From: the human T2T-CHM13v2.0 reference genome, Homo sapiens
NCBI RefSeq assembly: GCF_009914755.1
Contig: NC_060926.1
Strand: one strand, 5' to 3'
Length of the DNA: 64,000 bases
The position numbers and the translations under genes are program-made. The notes beneath the pieces were generated by a model, which made no database searches, was not told the origin of the DNA, and saw only the letters and a program-made list of their open reading frames with translations. Numbering within the stretch: the stretch's first letter is position 1; the number at the start of each line of letters is the position of its first letter. Positions 17,271-30,470 of the stretch are shown one piece after another.

Positions 17271-18375
17271 CAAATGATAGTCAAGATATGGAATTAACCT
17301 GTGCATCCATCAATGGATGAATGAATGGACAAAGAAAATGTGTGTATGTATACACATTGTATACATACACAACAGAATATTATTCAACCTTAAAAAGAAG
17401 GAAATGGCCGGGCACAATGGCTCACGCTTGTAAACCCAACACTTTGGGAGGCCATGGTGGGTGGACTGCTTATGCCCAGGAGTTCAAGACCAACTGGGCA
17501 ACATGGCAAAACCTCAACTCTACAAAAAAAAAAAAAAAAAAAAGGCTGAGTGTGGTGGCTCATGCCTGTAATCCCAGCACTTTGGGAGACTGAGGCAGGT
17601 GGATCACCTGAGGTCAGGAATTTGAGACCAGCCTGACCAACATGGAGAAACCCCTTCTCTACTAAAAATGCCTGTAATCCCAACTACTCAGGAGGCTGAG
17701 GCAGGATAATCACTTGAACCCAGGAGGCAGAGGTTGTGGGTGAGACAAGATCACACCATTGCACTCCAGCCTGGGCAACAAGAGTGAAACTCTCTCTCAA
17801 AAAAAAAAATTAGCTAAACCCAGTGGTGTGCACCTGTAGTCCCAGCTACTTGGGAGGCTGAGGTAGGAGGATCATTTGAGCCTGGGAGGTCCAGGTTTCA
17901 GTGAGCTGAGATTGTGCCACTGCACTCCAGCCTTGGTGACAGAGCCAGACCCTGTCTCAAAAAAGAAAAAAAAAAGGAAATCCTGACATTTGTAACAGTA
18001 TGGCTATGAACCTGGAAGATACTATGTTAAGTGACATAAGCCAAGCACAGAAAGACAAATGTCACATGATCTCATTTATATGTAGATCTATAAAAGCTGA
18101 GGTCATATAGGTAGAGAGTAGAATAGTGGCTACCAGGGGCTGGGCAGCAGGTGGAATTTGGGGGTTGGGAGATGTTGGTCAAAGGGTACAAAATTTCATT
18201 TAAGTAAGAAGAGTAAGTTCAAGAGATCTATTGTACAGCTTAGTAATTATAGTTAATAACAATTTATAGCATTTTAAAAATTGTGAAGAGTAGATTTTAA
18301 GAAATCTCACCACAAAAAATAAGTATGCAAAGTAATGCATATATTAATGAACTCCATCTAGCCATTCCACATGTA
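17270..18375 (+). mobile_element. Old L1 3' end interrupted by nested Alus (17406-17975)
   Basis: L1 3' motifs on both sides; AluJ left arm, AluSp-like copy, then AluJ right arm. Confidence 0.8.
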
Positions 18376-18379
18376 CCCT

Positions 18380-19530
18380 TGGACTTCAAAACTTGGAAAA
18401 AATGAATTGAAAATATAAACTTTATGTCTCAACATAAGCTCCATCAAGTTCAAGACACTTCTTCTATAAGTCATGCTACAGCCATTTAGCCCATCCCTAA
18501 GGAACTGAAGGTCCTGAGAATTTAACCATATCAATGCAGTCTTTTACACATTAACTGAAAAGGGTATCCTTTACAGATTAAGATTATGAAACAAAAAGAA
18601 GTTAGGAGGAGCCAAATCAGGACTGTAATGATTTCCCATCAAAATTCTCCCAAAATTGCCCTTGATGACAGGAATAACCAGAAGCATTGTCATGGTGGAG
18701 GAGGACTCTGCTGAAGTTTTCCCAAGAATTTTCTGCTAAAGCTTTGGGTAACTTTCTCAAAACCCTCTCATAATAAGCAGATGTTACCATTCTTTGGTCC
18801 TCCTGAAAGTCAACAAGGAAAGTGCCTTGAGCCCCAAAATACTGTTGCTATGAGTTGTGCTCTTGACTGGTCTGCTTTTGCTTTGACTGACCCACTTCCA
18901 CTTCTTGGTAGCCATTGCTTTGATTGTGCTGTCTTCAGGATAGTACTACAAAATCCATGTTTCATAACTTGTTGCAACTTTTCGAACAAATGCTTCAGGA
19001 TCTTGATCCCACTGTTTAAATTTCCATTGAAAGCTCTGCTGTTGTTTGCAACTGATCTGGGCACAACAGTTTTGGCACCCATCAAGTGCAAAGTTGGCTT
19101 TCAGTCAGAATTGTGTAACCTGAACCAATTTGACGTCTATGACACTGTCTATTGTTTCTGCTATTGTTAACTGCTATTAATCATCAGTCCTCTTTGATTA
19201 GGGCAAAAACAAGATGAATTTTTTCCTCAAAGATTCGTGTGTAGGGTCTCTCACTGAGGGCTTCCTCTTCAACATCATCTCATACCTTCTTAAAACAAGT
19301 TATTCATTTGTAAGCTGTTGATTTCTTTGGGGCATTGTTCCCATAAACTTTTCATGAAGCATTAGTGATTTTACCATTTTTCACCCAAGCTTCATAATAA
19401 ATTGATGTTTGTTCTTGCTTCGATTTTAGCAGAATTAATGTTGCACTGATGTGGTCTCTTTTCAAACTGATGTCTTATCCTCCTTAGTGTCTCAAACTAG
19501 ATCCTGTTCAGACATGTTATGACAAGTTAA
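18380..19530 (-). mobile_element. HSMAR2 mariner transposon, decayed
   Basis: Minus-strand fragments NSAKIEARTNI..., KVYGNNAPKKS... and QSKQWLPRSGSGSVKAKADQSRAQLIATVFW match the Hsmar2 transposase as recalled; many frameshifts. Confidence 0.85.
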
Positions 19531-20169
19531 AGACTCTGTCTCAAAAAGTCTTTTTTTTAAGTAATAGGACAATCTTCATACCGTCCTAATTGGCCAGTTA
19601 TTAGCTCTTGGGAAACTGGGTTTTAACTAATTGTTTTAAACACATGCCAGCCTTAGATTTCTATCCAGGTTGTAAACATACTCTTCAAGAAAAAAAAAAG
19701 ATATAAAATGTGTGAAGGCTGACACTGGGGTACTCTCCACCCAAGCTCCCTCCAGGGAGTGTGATCCAAATGCCCTCCCTTCCCGGGCTGCTGCCTCGGT
19801 TGTGCCGGACCCTCACATCACTGCCTGATTCATCACTGCCTGATTCGGCTGCCTGATTGTGGCCTTTGCCTGGCCTTGCTCCCTATTTTAAATGACACTC
19901 TCGCCACACCTTCACATACCCATGACAACAAACTGGGTTTACTTCTGTCTACTCATCATGCCTGACTTTCCCCTTTGCAAACATCATGACGGGATGTGAT
20001 ATTCCTGATCCTAGATTCTGCTTTCCCTTTCTTTCCCTCTCCATTACCATTTATTGAGTGGACACCTACTGTGTCAGGCACTGTAATTGGTGTTTTACAA
20101 ACATTATTACTATTACCCACAACCCTACAAGACAGATATTGTTCCCACTTCACAGCTGAAAAAAGATTA

Positions 20170-20335
20170 CAGGTTGACTACCCCTTCTCTGAAATGCTTG
20201 GGACCAGAAGTGTTTTGGATTTTGGAATATTTGCATTGTATTCCAAAACCCGAAATGCTCCAATGAGCATTTCCTTTGAGTGCCATATCAGCAATCAAAA
20301 AGTTTCAGATTTTGAAATTAGGGATACTAAACCTG
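20170..20335. mobile_element. Tigger4/MER46-like MITE inside a MIR
   Basis: TA|caggttgactacccc ... agggatactaaacctg|TA: TIRs plus TA TSD. Confidence 0.8.
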
Positions 20336-20641
20336 TACTACTGAAGGTCTTGCAGCTAGTAAATGGCAGGGTATGATCTGAACCAGACACAAGTGGTGAT
20401 TAAGTCAAATCATTACTAGAAGTCACCTTACAGAGAAAACAATCAACATGAGGTACATTCTGTCACAATGCTTATGCTGTTTAGATTTAATGTAGATATA
20501 TTTGCATTTGAAAGTGCAAATACTGTCTTTATAAAGTCTTTGAAGAACAGAGTTAGCCCTTGTTATTTCTATGGTTAATTCAAAGTGCTAATAGCTAAAA
20601 ACCAGAAGTCATTCCAAAGTTTGCATGAACAAAACTCACAA

Positions 20642-21360
20642 GAAAGTTATAAAAATATTTTATTTAAATGGTACAGAAAAAAAATATGTATACTTAAAAA
20701 TGATTAAAACTTCACATTAGGAAATGCTAAAAACCCAGTAATTTACACAATGATAAAATCTAAAGTGATGGGAAAACATAAAATATTTTCATTTGGTCCT
20801 GTCACCTAACAAAACTATCATAAATATGAGATTATAGTAATTACTAAAGCTGGTTAAAGGCACATGACAACATAATTGCTTTATACATATCCAGTCATTT
20901 TATACAAGGAACTGATATCCCTTAAATGGAAGAGTGAACTATTTGTTTAAAATATTAAGAGTGCATCATGTACCTACAATGAAACCACTTTCTCCAAAGA
21001 CTCAAACAGATTAACATTGCAAAATAGTATTTCTGTATCACTGACTTCTGAAAATTTTAATAATTTAAGAATATGCAAGTGAAATATAATTTATTCTGGT
21101 TTCAAAAATAGTTATACAAAGTCACAATTTTCCCCAGGAAACCATTCACTTCATAGTTGCAAAAACACACTGTAGCTTTTCTGTTAGGGTCTGCCATGCT
21201 TTCAGCTAGCTGGATGTTTAACCATTCAATTCAAATTTACGTGTCCAGCCATGCACGGTGGCGTGGGCCTGTAGTCCCAACTACTTCGAAGGCTGAGGCA
21301 GGAGGATCACTTGATCCCAGGAGTTCAAAGCCAGCCTGGACAACATAGAAGACCCTATCT
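20642..21360 (-). pseudogene. TMEM128: TMEM128 terminal 3'UTR exon (copy), starting in an antisense Alu monomer
   Basis: Acceptor tttttttaag|agatagggtc at 21361/21360 in the Alu tail. AATAAA on minus at 20664-20659 followed by a GU-rich element (tgtgagttttgt). 3' end approximate. Confidence 0.7.
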
Positions 21361-22536
21361 CTTAAAAAAATAAAGTATATGTCCTTAAATCTGAAAGAAA
21401 ACCAGCATTTATGTAACAAGTAAAACATTCTATCTTAAGCTATTGCATTTAACACTAAAAAGCATAGTTCACTCTGTGATCTACAACGTTGTCTGAGTCT
21501 CCATTACAATTATAAATTCATGTCAGAGTAAGAGCTCCCAAACATCTGTAAAAACTCAAAATTCAAGAGTCAAAGAAGGGGCTGAGCACATGAGAAGGGG
21601 AGAGATGGGTGACAGGGTCAGGTGAGGAAGTGTTCTGAGATGTGTAGGATTCCTCCGGGCCCAAAGCAGCTTGTGGCACCACATGCATACAGGAACGAAG
21701 GGCCTCCTGTGAGGGCTCCCAATGGTTCCAAGACACAGCAAGGTGCTTGAAGGAGGCTGGAGACATTGGCGTGGGCATGGAGGTGCTAGCAACTATTTTC
21801 AGACTGCTAACAATGAGACTATGTCCATTTCTTCTTTGTACAGTTACCATTGACCTTCCTTTAAAATCCCACAGGGAGAACATGCTGTTTTTAGCAGAAA
21901 TGTCAGTTTTCATTAACTCCTTGAAAATTTAGTGTATTAACTTTCATTTCCATGAGCTTCAATTTCCACACCTGTCAACTGCTGTATAAAGCAGGTTTCC
22001 TGCAAGTTCTGATGTAAGTGACCTGACAGGAGGCACTATCTTTGTCCTTCTCAACATGCCTCTAAGCATCTGGAGTGAGTATTCTCAATATGCACTTATT
22101 TAATAACAGAGTTATCCGACACTCAGAAAACAGCCTCCACTGTGTAAGGCAGCAGATCTCAGGATGGGGTGATCTGTAGGGAGGCAGAAATTCTATAAAT
22201 AACACCAAACAAAAGCTGATTGTGTCATCCAACACATTTTTATGAGGAAGTCAGAATAATTAGAAGATGGTAGAATTTTTTTTCCCAGTTGGGTAAAATT
22301 GTCCATTCTTCCTGTATTCCCATTTCTTAAGAATGATCTAGCCAACAGTCATTGAATATAAGCGGACACAAATTAATATAATTTCAACATAAAATGGTCT
22401 AATGTGTGAATTTAACTATATTGGAAGGTACAAATCCTGTCTTTATGAGGTCTTTGAAAGGCAGGGTACCTTCTCTAAAAAGTAGTCACTTAGAACCAAC
22501 TTTTACAAAAGAAAGAGTCTCAGCCCCCAACCCCTG

Positions 22537-22748
22537 CCAGCCTGGGCAACATAAGGAGACTCTGTTTCTACAAAAAAATTTTTAAAAATTAGCCAAGCGT
22601 GATAGCACATGTTTGTAATACCAGCTCCTTGGGAAGCTAAGGTGGGAGGATCGCTTGAGCCCCCAGGTGGTCAAGGCTGCAGTGAGCTGTGATCATGCCA
22701 CTGTACTCCAGCCTGGACAACAGAGTGAGACACTGTCTCAAAAAAAAG
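22537..22748 (+). mobile_element. AluJ fragment
   Basis: 5'-truncated Alu with A tail. Confidence 0.8.
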
Positions 22749-22920
22749 GAGTCTATCTCAGAGTTCAACGAATGGATAATTCTAGTGTGGACAACTCTGG
22801 TGTAAACATGACTGAAAATAATTCACAAATAGTCTGTTACAGCTCCATCCACTGAAAATTGTCATAAAAGACATTTTTTCAATGAGTTCATTTTTAGAAA
22901 AACCATTCCAGATATCTTAC

Positions 22921-23029
22921 CTTCGGAAATCATCCAAGGAGTGTGATAAACATTACAACCCCCATAAACTGGGTAAACAACAACAATGGAGTGAAAAACG
23001 ACCACACATGCCATAAAGCAATGTTGAAG
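22921..23029 (-). pseudogene. TMEM128: TMEM128 last coding exon (orphaned copy)
   Basis: Minus strand: ttttcag|C TTC AAC ATT GCT TTA TGG...CTT GGA TGA TTTCCGAAG|gtaag. 109 nt encoding [32 protein letters not shown], the TMEM128 C-terminus as recalled. Both splice sites and the stop (22930-22932) are intact. No upstream TMEM128 exons found. Confidence 0.9.
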
Positions 23030-23841
23030 CTGAAAAGAACAAGACATAAACAGTTGACAACTCAAATATGCATCAATATATTTTATTCTAGAATCCAGAT
23101 TTAAAGTATTCAATGTAGAAAAGTTCATCCAGTCAGCAACCTTCTCCATGTATCATATTTCTCAGCTATGTGACTTAGCCAATGCTGGAAAGAAAACTCT
23201 AGATATACTTACACAAGTATCACAATTTCTTCAAGAAGGCCCTGGAACTGGAACCACTAAAGGTCTCCTAATAGGAGTTGACATGGCTTAATAGAAACTG
23301 AAGTCTCTTAGTTTCTGCACTTGAACAAGAATTTAAATGGCTACAGCCCATTTTTATGACATCACACACTAAACTATCATGGTAAAAAAGACCAAAGTAT
23401 TTTCTCTTAAAAACAGAATGAAAACGGTTATCACTTATAAGCTGCTATTATATATTTCATTGAGAAAAACACTATTCCTGTCATCAAAGTAAAATTAAAA
23501 CACTTTCTAAGTGTAAAGATTGTTAATGACTGAAATTTCTAAGAACAGAATAGGAAAAACTATATTCAAATAAGTTCAGATGGTTATTGGTTTTAACATA
23601 TAATATTTTGATAAATATGAGTATTAAATAACTATAATCACGCTGTCTAAAAAATTAATATTTCTGGAGATGATCTTAGCCTTATGGGAAAAAGTAAAAC
23701 AACATATCTGTATGCCCCCACATACAGGTTAACAATAACCACATCACACTGTCAAACACCCTTGAACTTCAACTACAGAAAATAAGTCATAGAAAGAATA
23801 TGTATAAAGGTATATGGTTCTTCCAAAATAAAAATTCAATT

Positions 23842-24152
23842 AGGCCGGGGGTGGTGGTGCACGCCTGTAATCCAGCACTTTGGGAGGCCAACACAAGCAG
23901 ATGGCTTGAGGCCAGGAGTTTGAGACCTGCCTGAGCAGCATGGCGAAACCCCATCTCTACAAAAAATACTAAAAATAGCCAGATGTGGTGGCACATGCCT
24001 GTGGTCCCAACTACTCGGGAGGCTGAGTGAGGTAGGAGGATCACTTAAGCCTGGGAAGTCGAGGCTTCAGTGAGCTGTGATCATGCCACTGCACTCCGGC
24101 CTGGGTGACACAGTGAGACCCTGTCTCAAAAAAAAAAAAAAAAAAAAAAAAA
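23842..24152 (+). mobile_element. AluJ-like
   Basis: Full dimer with poly(A); TSD-like aaaaaat(t/c)caatt. Confidence 0.85.
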
Positions 24153-24499
24153 ATCCAATTGATATAAAGAAAGAAAAAACTAGAGAGCTACGCACAACAT
24201 AGGAAAAGTAGTTTTCTTTCTGGTTGGATCATAGGATATATTTCCTTTGTGTTTTTCTGTAATTTACAGATTTTTTTTCCTCAGTGAGCAAGTATTACTT
24301 TTATAAACCGAAAAAAACCCTGTATTTTTCATCGAGTATTTAATTAACTTATGAAGAAAGTTATTCATTGTGGCATTGTTTGAGTATAAATATAACGAAG
24401 TCCAACAACAGAAGACAGGTTAAATAAATCATGTTATGTCCATGCTGTGAAAACTATGCAACTGTTTGAAAAAATGTGACACATCTATATGTACCATTA

Positions 24500-24634
24500 T
24501 GGAAGAATCCCAAACTATAAGGATCCACTGAAAAACAAAAGGAAAAAAAGATGAACAACCACTTTGGAAAGCAGTTTGGCATGATTTACTGAAGTCAAAG
24601 GTATGTACATCCAACAATTTTACCCCTTGGGGTG

Positions 24635-24679
<45 letters not shown>

Positions 24680-25205
24680 GTACATCTCTACACCCAACAG
24701 AAATGTGTTCACTGTGCTACAAGAGCTATGTACAAGAATGCTCTTTATAGCATCCTTCATAGTAACCCCAAACTGAAAAAAATCTAAACACAATCAACAG
24801 TGGAAAAGAAAACTGGGATTCAATTAAACAATGGAATGCTAAAGAGCAATGAAGATGAGTCACTGTTCCCGGCTACAATATGAAACAACTGCACACAATG
24901 CTGCACACAGCCAGCTCAATGTGAAGGAATACACCCTGTATGAATCCATTTCTATAAAGTTCAAAAGCACAGCTGAAACAAAAATAGAATATCTAATGGA
25001 AGCAAAGCAAGTAGTTACCATGAAGGTCAGGGCAGTATTTACCTGTGGCAGGAGGGATGGTGCAGTAACTGGGAGGGAGAATGAAGGGGGTTCCGAATGT
25101 ACTGGCTCAGTTTACACCAATGCTCACTTCATGAAAATTCATTCATTTCAGTTTTTTCCACTTTTCTATATGTATCGTACGTCATAATAAAATAGACTTA
25201 AAAAG
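24500..25205 (+). mobile_element. Old L1ME-like 3' region containing (CA)n (24646-24673)
   Basis: acaaccactttggaaagcagtttggca and tgtatgaatccatttctataaagttcaaaa motifs. Confidence 0.65.
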
Positions 25206-28200
25206 CAAAATGCAGAATATGTACAGAATGTCACCATCTGTGCTTTAAATAACTAGATCCATAAATAGAAGGAGAAAGAGATACGAATGAAAAGGGAACC
25301 AGAGAGCATGAATGACCAGGAGACTATTTTTCTGTTTTAACTTTTTTACTTTCGAAGTTTGGACCAAGTATATCACTATCTGATCAGGAGGTGGGGGGCG
25401 TTGTCAGCCCAAGCAGCTGCCACCGTGAGCAGTGGACACAGGACCAGCTTCTGGGGATGATCCTGTCCTCTCCTAGCAAAGCCCCGTGCATGGACAGGGC
25501 ATCCATGCCATCCATGTCACCCAGGGCAGGTCACTGAGCCTCCCGCAGCCCATTTCCCCGAGTCGCCCAGGCGCGGTGGAGCACATGCAGCACAGTTGTT
25601 TTAGGAATTGGATGACTCACTGAGCTCCTGACAAGTAGTAGGCTCGGCACGTGGCTGTGGCACTTTTTCTAACTGCCTGGGTTCCATCTCAACTCCCAGA
25701 GAGTGAACATCCCGCCTCTCTTCTCAGGACTGGTGCTCTCCGAAGCATTAAGTAGGAAATTGAGAGTAGTAGCAAGTGAGACTTAGGGGGCAGGTAGGCA
25801 GAAATCAGTGATGGCATAGCCGCGCCACCATGACCATCCTGGCCATTGTCTCCTGTGTCTCCTGCTCCTCGAGGTCTTCAAAGTCTCATGCTGCCTTCTC
25901 CAGCAGCTGCTCTCTGTGATGGGAGGGTGGGCACAGGGTGGGTTTGTGGGTGATTCTGCTGAAGCCAGGGAGATGACGTCTGTCCAAGGACCCTCAGCCT
26001 GGAGCCCAGGCTCCAGGAAGCTCTGTGGGGGACAGCTGACATCACTGGGCATCTCCTTTCTGTCTGCTCTGCTCACAGAAACCTGCAGGACACTGCCCAT
26101 AAGGTGAAGTGAGCAAAGAGGCCAGGCCAGTCCTTCCCAGCCCCATGGAAGCCAGTTCAGCAGGACCCTACATGGATGGGCTTCTGCAACTGTGAGCAAA
26201 GGGGGCCCATCAGGCTGTGCCCAGCCCCTAGGACACACAAGGGAAGAGCTTCTTCCCAATACCTGCCACCTGCTGCCTCTGCACAGCCGTGGTGTGCACA
26301 CTGCTGCAGGGAGCAGGCACCCTCATCCCTGTGGCCCATCTCCCCCTTCTTGTCCTCATTCTGAGGCCATAGAAAACTGGCCTGCAGCATCCTCACCCTC
26401 AACCTTGCCCTGCTGGGAAAACTTAGGCCCTCAACTAAACTCGGGCCCCTGGACGCACTCGCTCGGCCGCAGTTCTCAATCTTCCCTCTGCCTGGAAGGC
26501 CCTGTCGTGTGTTTCACACTTGCTAAGCAGAGTCCCCTCTGAACTCAGCCCCCTGGATCCAGCCCAGCCCTCCTGGATCCACTTGCCAGAGCAGCCCCGG
26601 ACCCCGCCAGCCCCTCCCACTGACTCCAGTGCAGGTCAGTGAAGGTGACTATGACAGCTCTGGTAATCCTGGAAGAACCCCCAGGATTGAACACAGCTCT
26701 TGGGCTCTGATTACAGCCAATTACCATAATGGAGAGAATATCTGGATTCTCCCCTAATTTCCTCTCCTCTTAAAATTTTCAATTAAGAGCCTAATCTTGA
26801 TGGAAAATGGCTGCTTTCTGGAGTATTCTCCGCAGTGCTGATTCCTCATTGCTAAGTGCTTTTTCTAGACAGATAGAGGCTCTCGATGATTCCAGATAAA
26901 ATCAGAGCAAAGGAGCTTACCCAAAGAAAGGAGGAGAGCAGAGCAGCAATAGGCTATGCCCCGGAGCCCTCCCCGCTGCTGGAGACACCAGGTGGGTGAG
27001 GGGGTCTCTTGGGCCCTTCCAGCCTGCAGAGCTGCTGAGAGTCAGGCCTGGCTGCCAGCAAAGCAGCTGAAGTCTTGAGAAAACTTCCTGATTGCATTAG
27101 CGAGGTCGCAACACCAGGACATAATCAAATCTCCCTGGAGGACGTGGCTTCAGGAAGGGCTGCTACAAGCCAGTGGCAGAACAAGGGCAACCAGGGTCAG
27201 ACACGGTGGAAGGAGGGAAGTCCCAGAGCCGAGCATGGGTGGACATCAGAGGGGTGTGGGCTGCACCATCTGGGTGCAGGGGCCAGCAGGCAGTGCGGGT
27301 CCACCCAGCCCAGGGCCAGCCTTTCCCAGCAGTCGCGTGCAGAAACCTGGCACACGTCATGGGGCAGCGGTCCCATATCATAGGCCCTCCTGGTGTTAGC
27401 AGTCAGGAGGGTGCCTAGAAAAGCCTCCCACAGCCACAGGGACAGCAGGATCTGAGCCCACCCTCCACACCAGGAGCCTGCCCAGCACCATAGGCAGGGC
27501 CCGGGTGCCCTGCTCAGGAATGAGCTCTGCTTCCAGCTTGGCCATCCTAGTTCCACCCTGTCTGTAACTTAGCTGACCAGGAAGATGGCTGTGATGACCA
27601 CAGAAAATCCCGACACAGAGCTGGCATGAAGGAGCTGTGCCTGTGGAAGCTTCAGAGTCCTCAGGCCAGGCTGGCCCTGGCTCTGCCACCTCTTGGCTGG
27701 AATGCCTTCAGGCACCTACTGAGCCTCTCAGGGGCTCAGCATCCTCATCTGTGGTACACGGATAATAATAGGGTTGTTTTGAGAGTAAAAGCACAAAACA
27801 CAGAGCCTGGCTGGAGAAAGCACAGGTAGCTGAAGTCAGCCAAGGCTGAGTTAAGTGTTCTTCTTAGAAAAACGGACAGGCCATTCCCTGAAGGCATCAG
27901 TGCGGGCAGGAGGGAACCTGCACTTTGCAGTTCCAACACCTCAGGACACAATTCCTGCTAACCTGACCCACAAAAGACCAAAGGACACACCCAAGATCCT
28001 GGACCAACGTCCCACAACGATGCCTCCTGGTTTCTTCTCTAAGAATATGTCTTAAAATGTTCCCTAGGAAGCTAACTCTATATTCCTAATGTATGGACCA
28101 TGGAAAGAAAACAAGTGTCTCAGTAGGTTTGTTCAACAAATGTGCAAATGCAGAGATGAACAAAGATGCCCAAAGTCAAGGAGCAGCTCAGTTGCCTCCG

Positions 28201-28761
28201 ACATGCTCGGGGGCCACATCCACCTCCAACCTCTGCCCTGTTCACACTTTCCTCCACCCAGATTCCCCTCTTGCCCTGGCACTCCAGGAATTGTTTGATG
28301 TCCTGGAAGCTCCCTTTCTCTGTTCCATAGCCCCTGAGGCTGGTACCTCCCTGCATGCGTGTCCACCTCACCCACTGAGTTCCAGGAGCAGGTGTCTATC
28401 CTGCTCGCCCTGACTCAGCAGGGAGGGCTGAGCTCTGGAGCCTGAGTGCACCCAGACCTGCCCCATGGCCTCCTGTGCCTCTGTGTCCTCCTCACCCTCG
28501 ACTCACCAAGGAGCCCTGAGGACGTGAGAACTGGAACATGCCCAAGACCCACATCGGGGCCTGGCACACACCAAGCGCCTAGTGAACGCTTGATGACTGA
28601 GGACAGCATCGCTTCTTCTAAGAGGGGAAAAAAAGGAAAGTCAACCAGAGACAATTTGTAAAAGATGGCTTTTGACTGAGGCCTTGAAGGATGGGCAAGG
28701 ATGGGCAAGGGGAGGGGGGACTCAAAGTGCAGGATGAGAAGGCTCTAGGTGCCTGAGTGCC

Positions 28762-28881
28762 TGTGCATGTGAGCATGCATGTGCATGTGTGTGCATGTGT
28801 GTGTGTGCATGAGACTTGCAGCCTTGCATGTGTGTGTGCATATGCATATGTGTGTTCATATGCACATGCATGTGTGTGTGC
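28762..28881. repeat. Degenerate (TG/GCAT)n tract
   Basis: Alternating purine-pyrimidine run. Confidence 0.8.
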
Positions 28882-29180
28882 CCTAGTCCAGACAGGGTTC
28901 TGAGTGCACTGTGGGGGACAGATGATTTCACACTCCGCCCTGAGTCTGAAATCAGTGGGACAGATGACCTTGAAGAAGGCCTTATGGCTCACTTAGTGTG
29001 AGCCAGACTTCATAGAGACAGTGACGGCAGGACACATGCATGGGGGTCCACCTTCCCAGAGCTGGAGCCCACATAGCTCCAGGACCTCAAGGGAAGCCCA
29101 GGGTCTGAGGGGCCCAGGAGGCCCATCCATGGGATGGACCCAAGGAGACTTTGGTGGCTTCTCTGTTAAGATTTGAAGGG

Positions 29181-29589
<409 letters not shown>

Positions 29590-29844
29590 TCAGCAGATAG
29601 GGTGACAACAGCGCCTCTACCTCTAGCGGGAGGCGCAAGAGAAATTCACGCGATGCACTTGCCTGGGCTTGGTGAGTGGAAAGCTCCCCACTGACTCGAG
29701 GGCTGGTGGTGAGGATGGAGAGGGAGGTGGAGATGGAGGCGACAGCATGGGCAGAGCAAGAGCACAGCTGTGGAAGGGAGGTCCTCCCAGCTAGTCTCAG
29801 CCACCCTGGGTTCTTACCCTTTCACAGCTGGGGAGTGGAGCCTG

Positions 29845-30200
29845 GGCCTGCGCCTCTCCGCGCCAGAGCCGGCGCCAGCGCCTCTCCGCGCCTCGCCGCC
29901 GCTGTCTGCCTCTCCGCCACTGTCCGTCTCTCCGCCGCGCCGCCGCTGTCCGCCTCTCCGCCGCTGTCCGCCTCTCCGCCGCTGGCCGCCTCTCCGCTGC
30001 GCTGCCGCTGTCTGCCTCTCCGCCGCTGTCCGTCTCTCCGCCGCGCCGCCGCGCCGCCGCTGTCCGTCTCTCCGCCGCGCCGCCGCTGTCCGCCGCGCCG
30101 CCGCTGGCCGCCTCTCCGCCGCTGTCCGCCTCTCCGCCGCGCCGCCGCTGGCCGCCTCTCCGCCGCTGTCCGCCTCTCCGCCTCGCCGGCGCCAGCGCTG
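29845..30200. repeat. CpG-rich minisatellite, ~18-bp unit CCGCCGCTGTCCGCCTCT with GCCGC insertions
   Basis: About 15 degenerate units read directly; continuous with the TAR1-like repeat. Confidence 0.9.
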
Positions 30201-30470
30201 TGTGCCTTTGCGAGGGCGGAGCTGCGTTCTCCTCAGCACAGACCCGGAGAGCATTGCGAGGGCGGAGCTGAGTTCTCCTCTGCACAGACTTCGGAGATAC
30301 AGCGAAGGCAGAGCAATGTTCTCCTCAGCAGAGACCCGGGCGGGCGGGCCGGTGGCACCGCGAGGGCGGAGCTGCGTTCTGCTCTGCACAGACCTTGGGG
30401 GCACTGCCTCGCTTTGGGACAACTCGGGGCCGCATGGACGGTGAATAAAATCCTTCCTGTTTGCAGCCCT
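30195..30470 (+). repeat. TAR1 subtelomeric repeat, interstitial, no TTAGGG
   Basis: Repeats of gcgagggcggagctgcgttctcctcagcacagacccg followed by gacaactcggggccgcat...ggtgaataaaatc, which normally precedes telomere arrays. Confidence 0.85.

Noticed and set aside
22862-23149. 95-aa ORF over the TMEM128 exon
   Set aside because: Wrong frame; the real exon is 22921-23029.
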